Shown: one piece after another, positions 39,299-48,060 of the stretch
Numbering within the stretch: the first letter of the stretch is position 1
How the letters are laid out: each line of letters opens with the position of its first letter
Notes under the pieces: generated by a model
Database searches by the model: none
Seen by the model: the letters and a program-made list of their open reading frames with translations, nothing else
Told to the model about the DNA's origin: nothing
Made by a program: the position numbers and the translations under genes
Origin: Candidatus Omnitrophota bacterium
GTDB taxonomy: Bacteria; Omnitrophota; Gorgyraeia; Zapsychrales; JANLHA01
Length of the DNA: 64,000 nucleotides
Direction: 5' to 3'
Assembly: GCA_020632535.1 (NCBI GenBank)
Contig: JACKFJ010000001.1
Location: 282,890-346,889 of the forward strand

Positions 39299-40675
39299 AT
39301 GGCAAGAACGACAAAAGAAAAAAACAATGAAGAAGAAATGGAACCTGTGAAGTCTGTAGCTAAGGCTGCGGAAAAGGAAAAGAGTGGTGACGACGATGTC
39401 GTTGTTCCTATGGGGGCTGGTACCCAAATCGATATTACGAAGTTAAAAGACATGAAAATGTCTGACTTGACAAAACTTGCGCGTGATATAGGCGTTGAGA
39501 ATTCGAGTGGCTTAAAAAAGCAAGACTTGATTTTCAAAACGCTGCAACGGCAGGCGGAAAAGGAAGGTTTAATGTTCGGCGAAGGTACGCTGGAAATTTT
39601 GCCTGAAGGTTTTGGTTTTTTACGCAGTGCCAATTATAATTATCTTCCGTGTCCGGATGATATTTATATTTCGCCGTCACAAATTCGCCGGTTTGATTTG
39701 AAAACTGGAGACAATGTCAGTGGACATATTCGTCCACCTAAAGAAGGCGAGAAATATTTCGCGCTTTTAAAAGTTGAAGCGGTTAATTATGAGAATCCAG
39801 AAAAGAGTAAGGATAAAATCTTTTTTGATAATTTAACGCCGCTTTATCCGCGTGATCGTATTAAATTGGAAACAACGTCGACAGAAATTTCCACACGCGT
39901 TATGGATCTTTTGACGCCATTAGGTAAAGGCCAGAGGGCGTTAATTGTTGCTCCGCCATATAGCGGGAAGACGGTACTGTTACAAAAGATCGCGAATTCG
40001 ATTACGATGAATAATCCGGATGTCGTTTTGATTGTCCTTCTAATTGATGAACGTCCGGAAGAAGTTACCGATATGCAAAGAGGGGTTAAAGGGGAAGTCA
40101 TTGCGTCAACTTTTGATGAACCTGCCGAACGTCACGTGCAAATCGCGGAAATTGTTTTAGAAAAGGCGAAGCGTCTTGTTGAACATAAGCGGGACGTCGT
40201 CATTTTACTTGACAGTATTACTCGTTTAGCGCGCGCTTATAATACCGTGGTTCCTCACAGCGGTAAAATTCTTTCCGGTGGTGTGGATTCCAACGCTTTG
40301 CATAAACCGAAGCGTTTTTTTGGTGCGGCGCGTGGGGTTGAGGAAGGCGGGAGCTTAACAATTATCGCGACCGCTCTCGTCGATACGGGTAGTCGTATGG
40401 ACGAAGTTATTTTTGAAGAGTTCAAGGGTACCGGTAATATGGAATTGCAGCTTGATCGCAATTTGTTTCAACGACGAATTTATCCGGCCATTGACATCAA
40501 GCGTTCTAATACGCGGCATGAAGAACTGCTTCTTAAAGAAGATGAATTACAGAGGATTTGGTTATTGCGTAAGGCGATTAATGACCTTAACACGGCGGAA
40601 TCGATGGAATTACTCATCGACCGTTTAAGCAAGTACAAGAGCAACAAAGAGTTCTTAGATAATATGAATAAATAA
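39299..40675 (+). CDS. rho: transcription termination factor Rho
   Basis: GFGFLR RNA-binding region, Walker A PPYSGKT, and [10 protein letters not shown]. Start at ATG 39299, 8 nt after GAGGA. N-terminal extension of about 40 aa, rich in charged residues. Confidence 0.95.
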   Translation: MARTTKEKNNEEEMEPVKSVAKAAEKEKSGDDDVVVPMGAGTQIDITKLKDMKMSDLTKLARDIGVENSSGLKKQDLIFKTLQRQAEKEGLMFGEGTLEILPEGFGFLRSANYNYLPCPDDIYISPSQIRRFDLKTGDNVSGHIRPPKEGEKYFALLKVEAVNYENPEKSKDKIFFDNLTPLYPRDRIKLETTSTEISTRVMDLLTPLGKGQRALIVAPPYSGKTVLLQKIANSITMNNPDVVLIVLLIDERPEEVTDMQRGVKGEVIASTFDEPAERHVQIAEIVLEKAKRLVEHKRDVVILLDSITRLARAYNTVVPHSGKILSGGVDSNALHKPKRFFGAARGVEEGGSLTIIATALVDTGSRMDEVIFEEFKGTGNMELQLDRNLFQRRIYPAIDIKRSNTRHEELLLKEDELQRIWLLRKAINDLNTAESMELLIDRLSKYKSNKEFLDNMNK

Positions 40676-40758
40676 GGTCAAAGGCTATTTAAAGTCTGAG
40701 TCCATCCTATAAGTCGCTACGGTGACGGAGTGGGATAAATAAAACAGGAGAAAGAAAC

Positions 40759-40965
40759 ATGAAAGCTGAAATCCATCCAAATTATGCTGTAACAACCATT
40801 ACGTGTGCTTGTGGTGAAGTGATTCACACGCGTTCGGTCAAGCAGAACATTCGTGTCGAAATTTGTTCGAAATGTCATCCTTTTTATACGGGTGAGAAAA
40901 AGTTCGTTGATTCTGCTGGCCGTATTGAGCGTTTTGAGCAGCGATACAAAAAAGGTAAAAAATGA
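40759..40965 (+). CDS. rpmE: 50S ribosomal protein L31 (Cys-containing type)
   Basis: [10 protein letters not shown]-terminus and [10 protein letters not shown] motif. Confidence 0.95.
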   Translation: MKAEIHPNYAVTTITCACGEVIHTRSVKQNIRVEICSKCHPFYTGEKKFVDSAGRIERFEQRYKKGKK

Positions 40966-42041
40966 TCAATTTCGAGAAGCTCAAAAAAACCAGAGATCGC
41001 TATCGCGAACTGGAAGGGCTCCTCGGAGATCCGAAGGTTATCGAAGATCAGCCGCAGTATCAGAAGTTCGCTAAGGAATTTTCCGGAATCAGTCCTCTTG
41101 TCGATGCTTTAAAGGAATACGATGCCGCGGTGGCACAAGCAGAGGAATTAAAAAAACTCCTTGAAGAAAAGCAGGACAAGGAATTTGAGGCACTTATCCG
41201 TTCGGAGATCACGCAGTTAGAAGCTAATCGTCTTGATTTGGAAAAAAAGATCGATGAATTGGCAAATCCAAAGCGTGTTGAAAAGGATAATGGCGTTATT
41301 ATTGAAATTCGTGCCGGCACCGGAGGACAAGAAGCTTCGCTTTTTGCCGCGGATCTTTATCGGATGTATTCTCGCTTTGCTGAACGTCAGGGTTGGACGA
41401 ATGAAATTATGAGCAGCCATGAGTCAGAGGCTGGCGGGTTTAAGGAAGTCGTTTTAAGCGTTTCCGGCAAAGGTGCCGCCCGTCATTTAAAATGGGAAAG
41501 CGGTGTTCATCGTGTCCAGCGTGTTCCGACGACCGAGGCATCTGGCCGAATTCACACTTCGGCCGCGACCGTCGCAGTTTTGGAAGAGCCCGAAGAGGAA
41601 GTGGTCATTAAAATTGATCCTAAAGATCTTAAAATTGACGTGTATCGTTCATCCGGGCCCGGTGGGCAGAGTGTAAATACGACGGATTCCGCGGTGCGGA
41701 TGACACATTTTCCGACTGGAATCGTTGTGGTTTGTCAAGATGAACGCTCACAGTTAAAAAATAGAGCTAAGGCGATGCGTGTTTTACGTGCTCGGATCAA
41801 AGATAAAATGGATCAGGAAAACTTTGAAAAAACAAGTAAGCATCGCAAGTCGCAAATCGGTACGGGAGATCGCAGCGAAAAAATTCGCACATATAATTTT
41901 TCTGATCATCGTGTAACGGATCATCGCATTGGTTTTACAAGTCATCAATTAAGCAGTGTTATGGATGGTGATCTTGGCGATTTGACCGCGGCTTTGATAA
42001 AAGCGGAAGATCAAAATTTAGCAGAGCAGGACCAGTCATGA
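40962..42041 (+). CDS. prfA: peptide chain release factor 1
   Basis: GGQ motif (SGPGGQSVN) and [17 protein letters not shown] (PxT-type codon-recognition loop). prfA-prmC synteny. Confidence 0.95.
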   Translation: MINFEKLKKTRDRYRELEGLLGDPKVIEDQPQYQKFAKEFSGISPLVDALKEYDAAVAQAEELKKLLEEKQDKEFEALIRSEITQLEANRLDLEKKIDELANPKRVEKDNGVIIEIRAGTGGQEASLFAADLYRMYSRFAERQGWTNEIMSSHESEAGGFKEVVLSVSGKGAARHLKWESGVHRVQRVPTTEASGRIHTSAATVAVLEEPEEEVVIKIDPKDLKIDVYRSSGPGGQSVNTTDSAVRMTHFPTGIVVVCQDERSQLKNRAKAMRVLRARIKDKMDQENFEKTSKHRKSQIGTGDRSEKIRTYNFSDHRVTDHRIGFTSHQLSSVMDGDLGDLTAALIKAEDQNLAEQDQS

Positions 42042-42832
42042 CCGAAAAAGAATTAATGTTAACTGCGATTTTAGAGTGTGACCGAAGCAATCTTTATGCA
42101 CAACCTACTCCGTTATCAGCTCAACAGACAGAAAAATTGCAAGATATGGAAGAGCGTCGTCGTCGCAATGAACCCTTGCAATATATTCTCAGGACAACGG
42201 ATTTCTTCGGATTGAAATTTAAAGTGGACCCCCGTGTTCTCATTCCTCGCCCAGAAACAGAACTTCTTGTTGAAAAAATTATTGAGTTTTCTTCTCGCCA
42301 ACATGGAGCGCAATTGCGGATTCTCGATGTTGGGACTGGTTCAGGTAATATCGCGATTGCTTTGGCAAAATCTTTTATTCAAGCTCGCATTGTTGCGATG
42401 GATATTTCGTCTGATGCTTTAAATGTAGCCCGTGAAAATGCTCGCATTAATTGCGTGAACCATCAGGTTGATTTTGTACATTGCGACTTTATGGAATTTG
42501 CTGAGAATTATCGTGAGGCAGAAAAACGCTTTGATATAATAGTTTCCAATCCTCCGTATATTGCAACGCCATTGCTTGCGACTTTACCGTTGGATGTTAA
42601 AGAGGAGCCTAATCTCGCCTTAGATGGAGGGGAAGATGGCTTGGATTTTTATCGTGTCCTTATTGGGCACGCAAAGTATTTTTTGAATGATGGCGGATTT
42701 CTCGCTTGCGAGATTGCGGATGGGCAGAAGAAAAGTCTAACCCAGTTGCTTGCGGACAATCATTTTACGAACTTCACTTTTTATAATGACTTTCGCGAGA
42801 CACCAAGATTTTTCTTAGCTCAGGCAATATGA
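42038..42832 (+). CDS. prmC: release factor glutamine N5-methyltransferase
   Basis: SAM motif [11 protein letters not shown] and catalytic NPPY. Confidence 0.9.
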   Translation: MTEKELMLTAILECDRSNLYAQPTPLSAQQTEKLQDMEERRRRNEPLQYILRTTDFFGLKFKVDPRVLIPRPETELLVEKIIEFSSRQHGAQLRILDVGTGSGNIAIALAKSFIQARIVAMDISSDALNVARENARINCVNHQVDFVHCDFMEFAENYREAEKRFDIIVSNPPYIATPLLATLPLDVKEEPNLALDGGEDGLDFYRVLIGHAKYFLNDGGFLACEIADGQKKSLTQLLADNHFTNFTFYNDFRETPRFFLAQAI

Positions 42833-42903
42833 GAAATTTTATAAAGACGACGTGACGATCGTAGATGATTGCCACCGCAGTATAAAATAAAGGATAATCG
42901 CTC

Positions 42904-44163
42904 ATGGACAAATTGGTTATTGAAGGCGGGAAAAAGCTTAAAGGTGAAATCCGCGTAAGCGGTTCTAAGAATTCAACCTTACCTATTCTTGCGGCAACAC
43001 TTCTGACCGACGAGAAGTGTGTTATTCGCAATGTACCTAAATTGCGTGACACATTGACAATGATTAAATTATTGCGGTCATTGGGAAAAAGTGTTGACTA
43101 CAACAATAATATCGCAGTTATCAGTGGTCCTGCGAATAGCTCGACGGCGGAATATAAGCTTGTTTCTACCATGCGGGGGTCATTTTGTGTCATGGGGCCG
43201 TTACTAGGAAAGTTCAAAACCGCTAAAGTTTCTTTACCCGGTGGATGCGTCATTGGAATTCGTCCTGTCGATTTGCATATCAAAGGCTTCAAAGCGCTTG
43301 GTGCTAAAATTGAAGTTGCCGCCGGTTATGTCATTGCGACCGCGCGTCAACTCAAAGGCAACTTGATTTATCTTGGTGGCATTTTTGGCCCATCTGTTTT
43401 AGCCACTGGGAATGTCATGATGGCGGCAGTTTTGGCTCATGGTGAAACAATTATTGAAAGTGCGGCGTGTGAACCGGAAGTTGAAGAACTCACCGAATTC
43501 TTAATCAAGATGGGCGCGCATATTGAGGGTAAAGGCACGTCGCGTTTAGTGATACGTGGTGTAAAGCGATTGCATGGTGCCGAGTATGACATTGGACCTG
43601 ATCGAATTGAAGCTGGAACATTTGTGCTTATGGCCGCGGCAACCGGAAGCACGTTGACTTTAAAGAATGTTAAATATGCGCAGCTTCTCGTTTTAATGGA
43701 TCGACTTGAACACGCGGGCGTTAAATTTAAAAAGGGCAAGGATTCATTAACGATCATTGGTCCGAAGAAATTAAAACCGGTCAGTGTTACGACATATCCT
43801 TATCCGGGTTTTCCGACAGATTTGCAAGCTCAATTTATGGCGCTGATGGCTATTACTCAAGGTGTGAGTGTAATTACCGATAAGGTTTTTCCCGACCGCT
43901 TTATTCATATCGCGGAATTAAATCGTATGGGTGCTAATATCCGTCGTGATAGCGGAGTTGCGATTGTGGAAGGTGTTAAATATCTTTATGGCGCTCCGGT
44001 TATGGCTTCTGATTTGCGTGCTTCCGCGGCGTTAGTTTTAGCTGGGTTAGCGGCGAAGGGCAAAACAGAAATTCATCGTATTTATCATTTAGAACGTGGT
44101 TATGAAAATATTGATGAGAAATTAAAAAAAGTCGGCGCTGTTATTTATCGTGAGAAAGAATAA
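42904..44163 (+). CDS. murA: UDP-N-acetylglucosamine 1-carboxyvinyltransferase
   Basis: GSKNSTLPILAA, LPGGCVIGIRPVDLH (active-site Cys) and FPTDLQAQ motifs. Confidence 0.95.
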   Translation: MDKLVIEGGKKLKGEIRVSGSKNSTLPILAATLLTDEKCVIRNVPKLRDTLTMIKLLRSLGKSVDYNNNIAVISGPANSSTAEYKLVSTMRGSFCVMGPLLGKFKTAKVSLPGGCVIGIRPVDLHIKGFKALGAKIEVAAGYVIATARQLKGNLIYLGGIFGPSVLATGNVMMAAVLAHGETIIESAACEPEVEELTEFLIKMGAHIEGKGTSRLVIRGVKRLHGAEYDIGPDRIEAGTFVLMAAATGSTLTLKNVKYAQLLVLMDRLEHAGVKFKKGKDSLTIIGPKKLKPVSVTTYPYPGFPTDLQAQFMALMAITQGVSVITDKVFPDRFIHIAELNRMGANIRRDSGVAIVEGVKYLYGAPVMASDLRASAALVLAGLAAKGKTEIHRIYHLERGYENIDEKLKKVGAVIYREKE

Positions 44164-44167
44164 CTGA

Positions 44168-44282
44168 TCCATTGCGAGCCACAGAAAACGTAAATTGTTT
44201 TTAGGAAGAGCTTTGATGTGGCGCGGCAATCTTTTAGAGATTGCTTCGTCGCCATGAATAATTGAACGGCTCATCGCAATGG
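44168..44282 (+). repeat. intergenic nested-hairpin repeat, copy c (long form)
   Basis: TCCATTGCGAGCC (44168-80) ... GGCGCGGCAATCT-TTTAG-AGATTGCTTCGTCGCC (44220-44253) ... GGCTCATCGCAATGG (44268-82). Confidence 0.75.
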
Positions 44283-44294
44283 TTGGAGACATCA

Positions 44295-44867
44295 ATGCTG
44301 CTTATTATCGACAATTACGATTCTTTTACATACAACTTGGTTCAGTATTTTGGCGAGTTGAAAGCAAGCATGAAGATTTTTCGTAATGATGCATTGACGA
44401 TTGAAAAGATTCGTCGTTTAAAACCGTCTCGGATTGTGATTTCACCGGGACCCGGTCGTCCGGAGGACGCAGGGATTTCTGTAAATGTCATTAAGAGTTT
44501 TAGTGGTAAAGTCCCGATTTTGGGTGTGTGTCTGGGTCATCAGGCTATTGGTTACGCGTTTGGTGGTAAAATTATTGGGGCTAAGCATTTGATGCACGGT
44601 AAAACATCTTTGATTGAACATGCTGGAACGGATATTTTTAAGAATTTGGAAGTTCCGTTTGAAGCTACCCGTTATCATTCACTTGTCATTGACCCGAAGT
44701 CTTTGCCGGATTGTCTTGAAGTGACAGCTTGGACGAAGGACAAGGATAAGGAAATTATGGGTATTCGTCACAAAAAAATCCCACTATGGGGTGTCCAATT
44801 TCATCCTGAATCTATTCTCACCAAAGCCGGAATGGGAATTTTAAAGAATTTCCTGAAAATTTCATAA
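44295..44867 (+). CDS. trpG: anthranilate synthase component II / aminodeoxychorismate synthase glutamine amidotransferase
   Basis: [16 protein letters not shown]-terminus and triad region GVCLGHQ ... QFHPES. Start at ATG 44295 behind GGAG; the track TTG at 44262 is inside the repeat. Confidence 0.9.
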   Translation: MLLIIDNYDSFTYNLVQYFGELKASMKIFRNDALTIEKIRRLKPSRIVISPGPGRPEDAGISVNVIKSFSGKVPILGVCLGHQAIGYAFGGKIIGAKHLMHGKTSLIEHAGTDIFKNLEVPFEATRYHSLVIDPKSLPDCLEVTAWTKDKDKEIMGIRHKKIPLWGVQFHPESILTKAGMGILKNFLKIS

Positions 44868-44868
44868 T

Positions 44869-45885
44869 ATGGATCGATATATTCATATATTGCAGGATCG
44901 TCAAGATTTAAGCGAAAGCGAAATTGCGACGGTAATGCACCTGATCATGTCCGGCAAAGCGCCGAAGGAAGCTTTGGGGAGATTTTTATTGGCTTTGAAT
45001 CTCAAAGGTCCTACCGTCGATGAAATTACGGGTGCTGCCAAAATGTTGCGCCAGTTTTCACTTGAAGTTAAAACGAAACATAAGGTTGTCCTCGATACGT
45101 GTGGTACGGGTGGAGACAAGAAAAATACTTTTAATATTTCCACGATCACAGCTTTTGTTGTTGCGGGTACGGGTGTTGTTTTAGCCAAGCATGGGAATCG
45201 TTCCGTTTCAAGTCGTTGTGGGAGTGCTGATGTTTTGGAAGCCCTTGGTGTAAATCTCGATGTTAAACAGGAACATTTGGGTGAATGTTTGGACAAAGTT
45301 GGGATTGCGTTTCTTTTCGCACAAAAACTTCATCCAGCGATGAAAAACGTTGCGCCGGTTCGAAAGGATCTTGGCGTCGAAACAATCTTTAATATTCTAG
45401 GACCACTCTTGAACCCGGCAAAAGCGACACATCAAATGATGGGTGTTTATAATCGTGATTATGTTGAACCATTGGCGAGGGTTTTGAAGAATTTGGGTTT
45501 GCGGCGAGCTTTGGTTGTGTATGGCAGCGATGGACTCGATGAAGTCACGACCACAGCAAAGACCTTTGTTAGTGAGTATAATGGCAAAGAGATTTTAAGT
45601 TATGATATTGATCCTAAAGAATTAGGATTGAGTTTGGCGCAAGAATCTGATCTTAAGGGTGGTGATTTGCCCGAGAATGCCGCAATTGCCCTTGATATTT
45701 TGATGGGAAAGTCTGGCCCAAGAAGAGATATTGTTGTTTTAAATGCGGCGTGTGCTTTGTATTGCGCGGAAAAAGTTTCAGCAATTTCTGACGGTATTGT
45801 TCTTGCAAAGCAATCGATTGACAGTGGTAAGGCTATGAAGAAGTTGGAAGAATTGATCGCCTTCACGCAAGGATTAAAGACGTGA
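44869..45885 (+). CDS. trpD: anthranilate phosphoribosyltransferase
   Basis: DTCGTGGD, KHGNRSVSS and GPLLNP motifs. Confidence 0.95.
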   Translation: MDRYIHILQDRQDLSESEIATVMHLIMSGKAPKEALGRFLLALNLKGPTVDEITGAAKMLRQFSLEVKTKHKVVLDTCGTGGDKKNTFNISTITAFVVAGTGVVLAKHGNRSVSSRCGSADVLEALGVNLDVKQEHLGECLDKVGIAFLFAQKLHPAMKNVAPVRKDLGVETIFNILGPLLNPAKATHQMMGVYNRDYVEPLARVLKNLGLRRALVVYGSDGLDEVTTTAKTFVSEYNGKEILSYDIDPKELGLSLAQESDLKGGDLPENAAIALDILMGKSGPRRDIVVLNAACALYCAEKVSAISDGIVLAKQSIDSGKAMKKLEELIAFTQGLKT

Positions 45886-46670
45886 AAAGGGATTTCTTAA
45901 AAGAGATCGTCGCTTATAAAAGAGAGCTTCTAGAGCAAAAAAGCGGGTATTATGGTGCCCTTAAGAAAAATGTTAAGACGACACCGCATAGTCGGTATGG
46001 CCTTTTTAAGAAAGCGATCAGTAATCCTGGTCGTGTGAATTTGATCGCAGAGATTAAGAAAGCTTCGCCTTCAGTTGGAATTATCCGAGAGCCCTTTGAT
46101 TTGAATGGATTGGCACGAACATATAAGGAAAACGGCGCGGCGGCGATTTCTGTTTTAACGGAGGATAAGTATTTCTTGGGTAAACCAACGTATGTCCGTC
46201 GGGTCTGTGAAGAAGTTGCGATGCCTGTTTTAACAAAGGATTTTATTATTGATGAACATCAGATTTATGAAACATTTTGTCAAGGATCAAGCGCTGTTCT
46301 TTTGATTGTCGCGATTTTAGACGACGCTTTGTTGAAAGATTTGATGCAAATTGCCGCGGATTTAGATATGGATTCTCTTGTTGAAGTTCATGATGAAGCT
46401 GAGTTGCAGCGAGCGCTGAAAGTTGGGGCAGATATTATCGGAATTAATCATCGCAATTTGGCGACATTAGCAATTGATTTGTCCGTTAGCGAAAAACTCG
46501 TTTCGCAAATTCCGCGCGGAAAAGTAATTGTTGCGGAGAGTGGAATTAAAACGAACGAAGAAATTAAGCAATTGCAATCTTTGGGAGTCCATGCTGTTTT
46601 GATTGGGGAAAGTTTTTTGCGATCCGCTGATGTTGGAGCGAAAGTTAGAGAAATCATGGGAGTAAAATAG
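45882..46670 (+). CDS. trpC: indole-3-glycerol phosphate synthase
   Basis: IAEIKKASPS, LTKDFIID and GINHRNL motifs. Confidence 0.95.
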   Translation: MKRDFLKEIVAYKRELLEQKSGYYGALKKNVKTTPHSRYGLFKKAISNPGRVNLIAEIKKASPSVGIIREPFDLNGLARTYKENGAAAISVLTEDKYFLGKPTYVRRVCEEVAMPVLTKDFIIDEHQIYETFCQGSSAVLLIVAILDDALLKDLMQIAADLDMDSLVEVHDEAELQRALKVGADIIGINHRNLATLAIDLSVSEKLVSQIPRGKVIVAESGIKTNEEIKQLQSLGVHAVLIGESFLRSADVGAKVREIMGVK

Positions 46671-46743
46671 TTTAGCAATTCCTGCAGGATTACTAAATTA
46701 TTTTTAAATATGGAAGCAGGAAGTCGAAAGGATTTAAAAATAA

Positions 46744-47376
46744 ATGTTAAAAGCAAAAATTTGTGGAATGACAGATTCGAAAGATGCCCTTTTGGCCGCG
46801 TCATTGGGCGCGTGGGCTGTTGGGTTCATTTTTTATAAAAAAAGTAAGCGATTTGTCGGGCCGTATAAGGCTAAGAAAATCATTTCTGATTTGCCGCCAT
46901 TTGTCACACCAGTTGGTGTCTTTGTCGATCAAAAACAGGGAGCCGTTAAGGAGATCGCGGAGTTTTGTGGATTAAGGGTTTTACAATTCCATGGTAATGA
47001 AACGCCCGATTTTTGTAAGCGGTTTGATACGTACAAAATTATTAAAGCCTTTCGTGTTGGCGAAGCATTTAACATTGATCTTTTGCGTCCTTACAAGTCG
47101 ATTGTCAGTGCTTTTCTTTTTGATCGTCATGAAGAGGGCGTGCAAGGTGGAACAGGAAAAACATTTGATTGGAAGTTGATTAAGGAAGCAAAGAATTTTG
47201 GTGTACCGATTATTCTTTCTGGTGGAATTCATTCCAATAATGTTCGCACGGCGTTTGAGGAAATTGGTCCGTACGCGGTGGATTTATCTAGCGGTGTTGA
47301 GGATGCGCCGGGCAAGAAGAGTGAGCGTTCTATGACCGAGTTTTTTAAACAACTTGTTCTTCCAGTATCTATTTAG
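46744..47376 (+). CDS. trpF: phosphoribosylanthranilate isomerase
   Basis: KICGMT N-terminus, LQFHGNE and LSGG...VDLSSGVE motifs. Confidence 0.9.
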   Translation: MLKAKICGMTDSKDALLAASLGAWAVGFIFYKKSKRFVGPYKAKKIISDLPPFVTPVGVFVDQKQGAVKEIAEFCGLRVLQFHGNETPDFCKRFDTYKIIKAFRVGEAFNIDLLRPYKSIVSAFLFDRHEEGVQGGTGKTFDWKLIKEAKNFGVPIILSGGIHSNNVRTAFEEIGPYAVDLSSGVEDAPGKKSERSMTEFFKQLVLPVSI

Positions 47377-47414
47377 TCTTTCGTAAGTTATTGCTGGCCT
47401 TTGGTTTTGTGCTC

Positions 47415-47443
47415 TTGTGGAGTTCAAATGCATATGCTATCTT
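47415..47443 (+). promoter_or_regulatory. candidate promoter for the structured RNA
   Basis: TTGTGG (47415-20), 17-nt spacer, TATCTT (47438-43). The predicted start near 47450 coincides with the 5' edge of the closing helix. Weak match, so low confidence. Confidence 0.35.
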
Positions 47444-47449
47444 TGGATT

Positions 47450-47680
47450 AAGCCGATAAAGGCAAACCCGCCGAAAGACGGGGACGTCCCGTAAGGGACC
47501 GCGGCGTCTAATCGGACGACGTGGCAAAGCTACAGGCCTAAATTGTCTTCAAACCAGGAAGGCCCCCTAGCTGTGGGCAGTGTGTAGACACGGTGAAGGT
47601 GAAGGGACAATAAGGTGGCTGAGTTGCCGAAGAGAGGTACTGGCGGCATAGGTTGCTGCCGGCTTTATCGGCCCTCTTTT
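47450..47680 (+). ncRNA. structured RNA of unknown class (about 230 nt, plus a terminator)
   Basis: No plausible ORF in a 382-bp gap. 10-bp closing helix 47452-61/47663-72. Tandem GNRA hairpins at 47467-82 (GAAA) and 47486-99 (GUAA), with further hairpins at 47502-21, 47581-92, 47616-29 and 47642-60. A canonical terminator follows immediately. Boundaries are approximate. Confidence 0.6.
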
Positions 47681-47712
47681 CCCTTAAGTGATTAAGGGAT
47701 TTTTTATTTTTT
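47681..47712 (+). terminator. intrinsic terminator
   Basis: CCCTTAA-GTGA-TTAAGGG hairpin followed by ATTTTTTATTTTTT. Confidence 0.85.
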
Positions 47713-47741
47713 AAGGAAATTCGCTGCATATTTTTCTCTTA

Positions 47742-47750
47742 TGTTATAAT
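47742..47750 (+). promoter_or_regulatory. extended -10 box TGTTATAAT, 7 nt before ATG 47758 (a leaderless transcript is implied)
   Basis: TGnTATAAT at 47742-50. The 7 nt before the ATG are ACCCCCC, with no SD. Confidence 0.5.
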
Positions 47751-47757
47751 ACCCCCC

Positions 47758-48060
47758 ATGTCAGAAAAACTTTTACGTGTTTATAAGCCTTTTGATCTGA
47801 GTAAGGTTAAAGAGCATCTTTTGATTTACGGTGATTTGTCAGGGCAATGCAGTCATTGTCAGAATATGGACGTGAAACTGGAAATGGTTTCCTGCCCGAA
47901 TTGTCGAACAGATTTTCGTTATATCGCCTTCCGCAATGTTCAGCATCACATGCCTAAAATTGTGAATATTAATCTTAACCGCCAAGATTTGACGATTATT
48001 GACTATGATGATTTTAGTCGTACGTTGGGGGCTAAAAAAGCAGAGGATTTTTTTAAATGA
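47758..48060 (+). CDS. hypothetical zinc-ribbon protein (CxxC-x15-CxxC)
   Basis: 100 aa with CSHCQ...CPNC. The stop overlaps the next start (ATGA at 48057). No family recognised. Confidence 0.6.
   Translation: MSEKLLRVYKPFDLSKVKEHLLIYGDLSGQCSHCQNMDVKLEMVSCPNCRTDFRYIAFRNVQHHMPKIVNINLNRQDLTIIDYDDFSRTLGAKKAEDFFK

Noticed and set aside
40676-40758. A possible structured leader upstream of rpmE, including the hairpin GTCGC-TACG-GTGAC.
   Set aside because: The stems are only 3-5 bp with wobble pairs. There is no recognisable L31-related leader motif and no way to test conservation here.
40962-42041. The RF1 codon-recognition tripeptide reads PTT rather than the textbook PAT.
   Set aside because: The motif is generally PxT with a variable middle residue. 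There is no evidence in the window for stop-codon reassignment, since all three stop codons are used normally at gene ends.
46671-46743. The palindrome AATTCCTGCAGGATT in the trpC-trpF spacer, together with recurrence of CCTGCAGG at 51126-51133.
   Set aside because: An 8-mer occurring twice in 64 kb on two strands is about what chance predicts. The stem is short with no loop or T-run. I did not treat it as a feature.
47450-47680. I asked whether the structured RNA could be RNase P RNA, because GGCAAACCCGCCG, GGUGAAGGUGAAGGG and CCGGCUUUAUCGG resemble segments of E. coli M1 RNA.
   Set aside because: The universally conserved P4 element GGAAAGUCC and the ACAGAA...GGCUUA context are absent. About 230 nt is also far shorter than known bacterial RNase P RNAs. 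The resemblances are short and may be coincidental. I noted them but did not make the call.
47450-47712. I compared the same RNA with a T-box leader, a TRAP-binding site, a cobalamin riboswitch, SRP RNA, tmRNA and 6S RNA.
   Set aside because: It has no UGGNACC-type T-box core or recognisable specifier-loop architecture. There are no regularly spaced (G/U)AG triplets and no GCCACUG B12 box. It lacks the GGAAGCAGC SRP domain IV motif and any tRNA-like end or tag ORF. The fold is multi-hairpin rather than a 6S-type rod. These comparisons come from memory of consensus sequences only.
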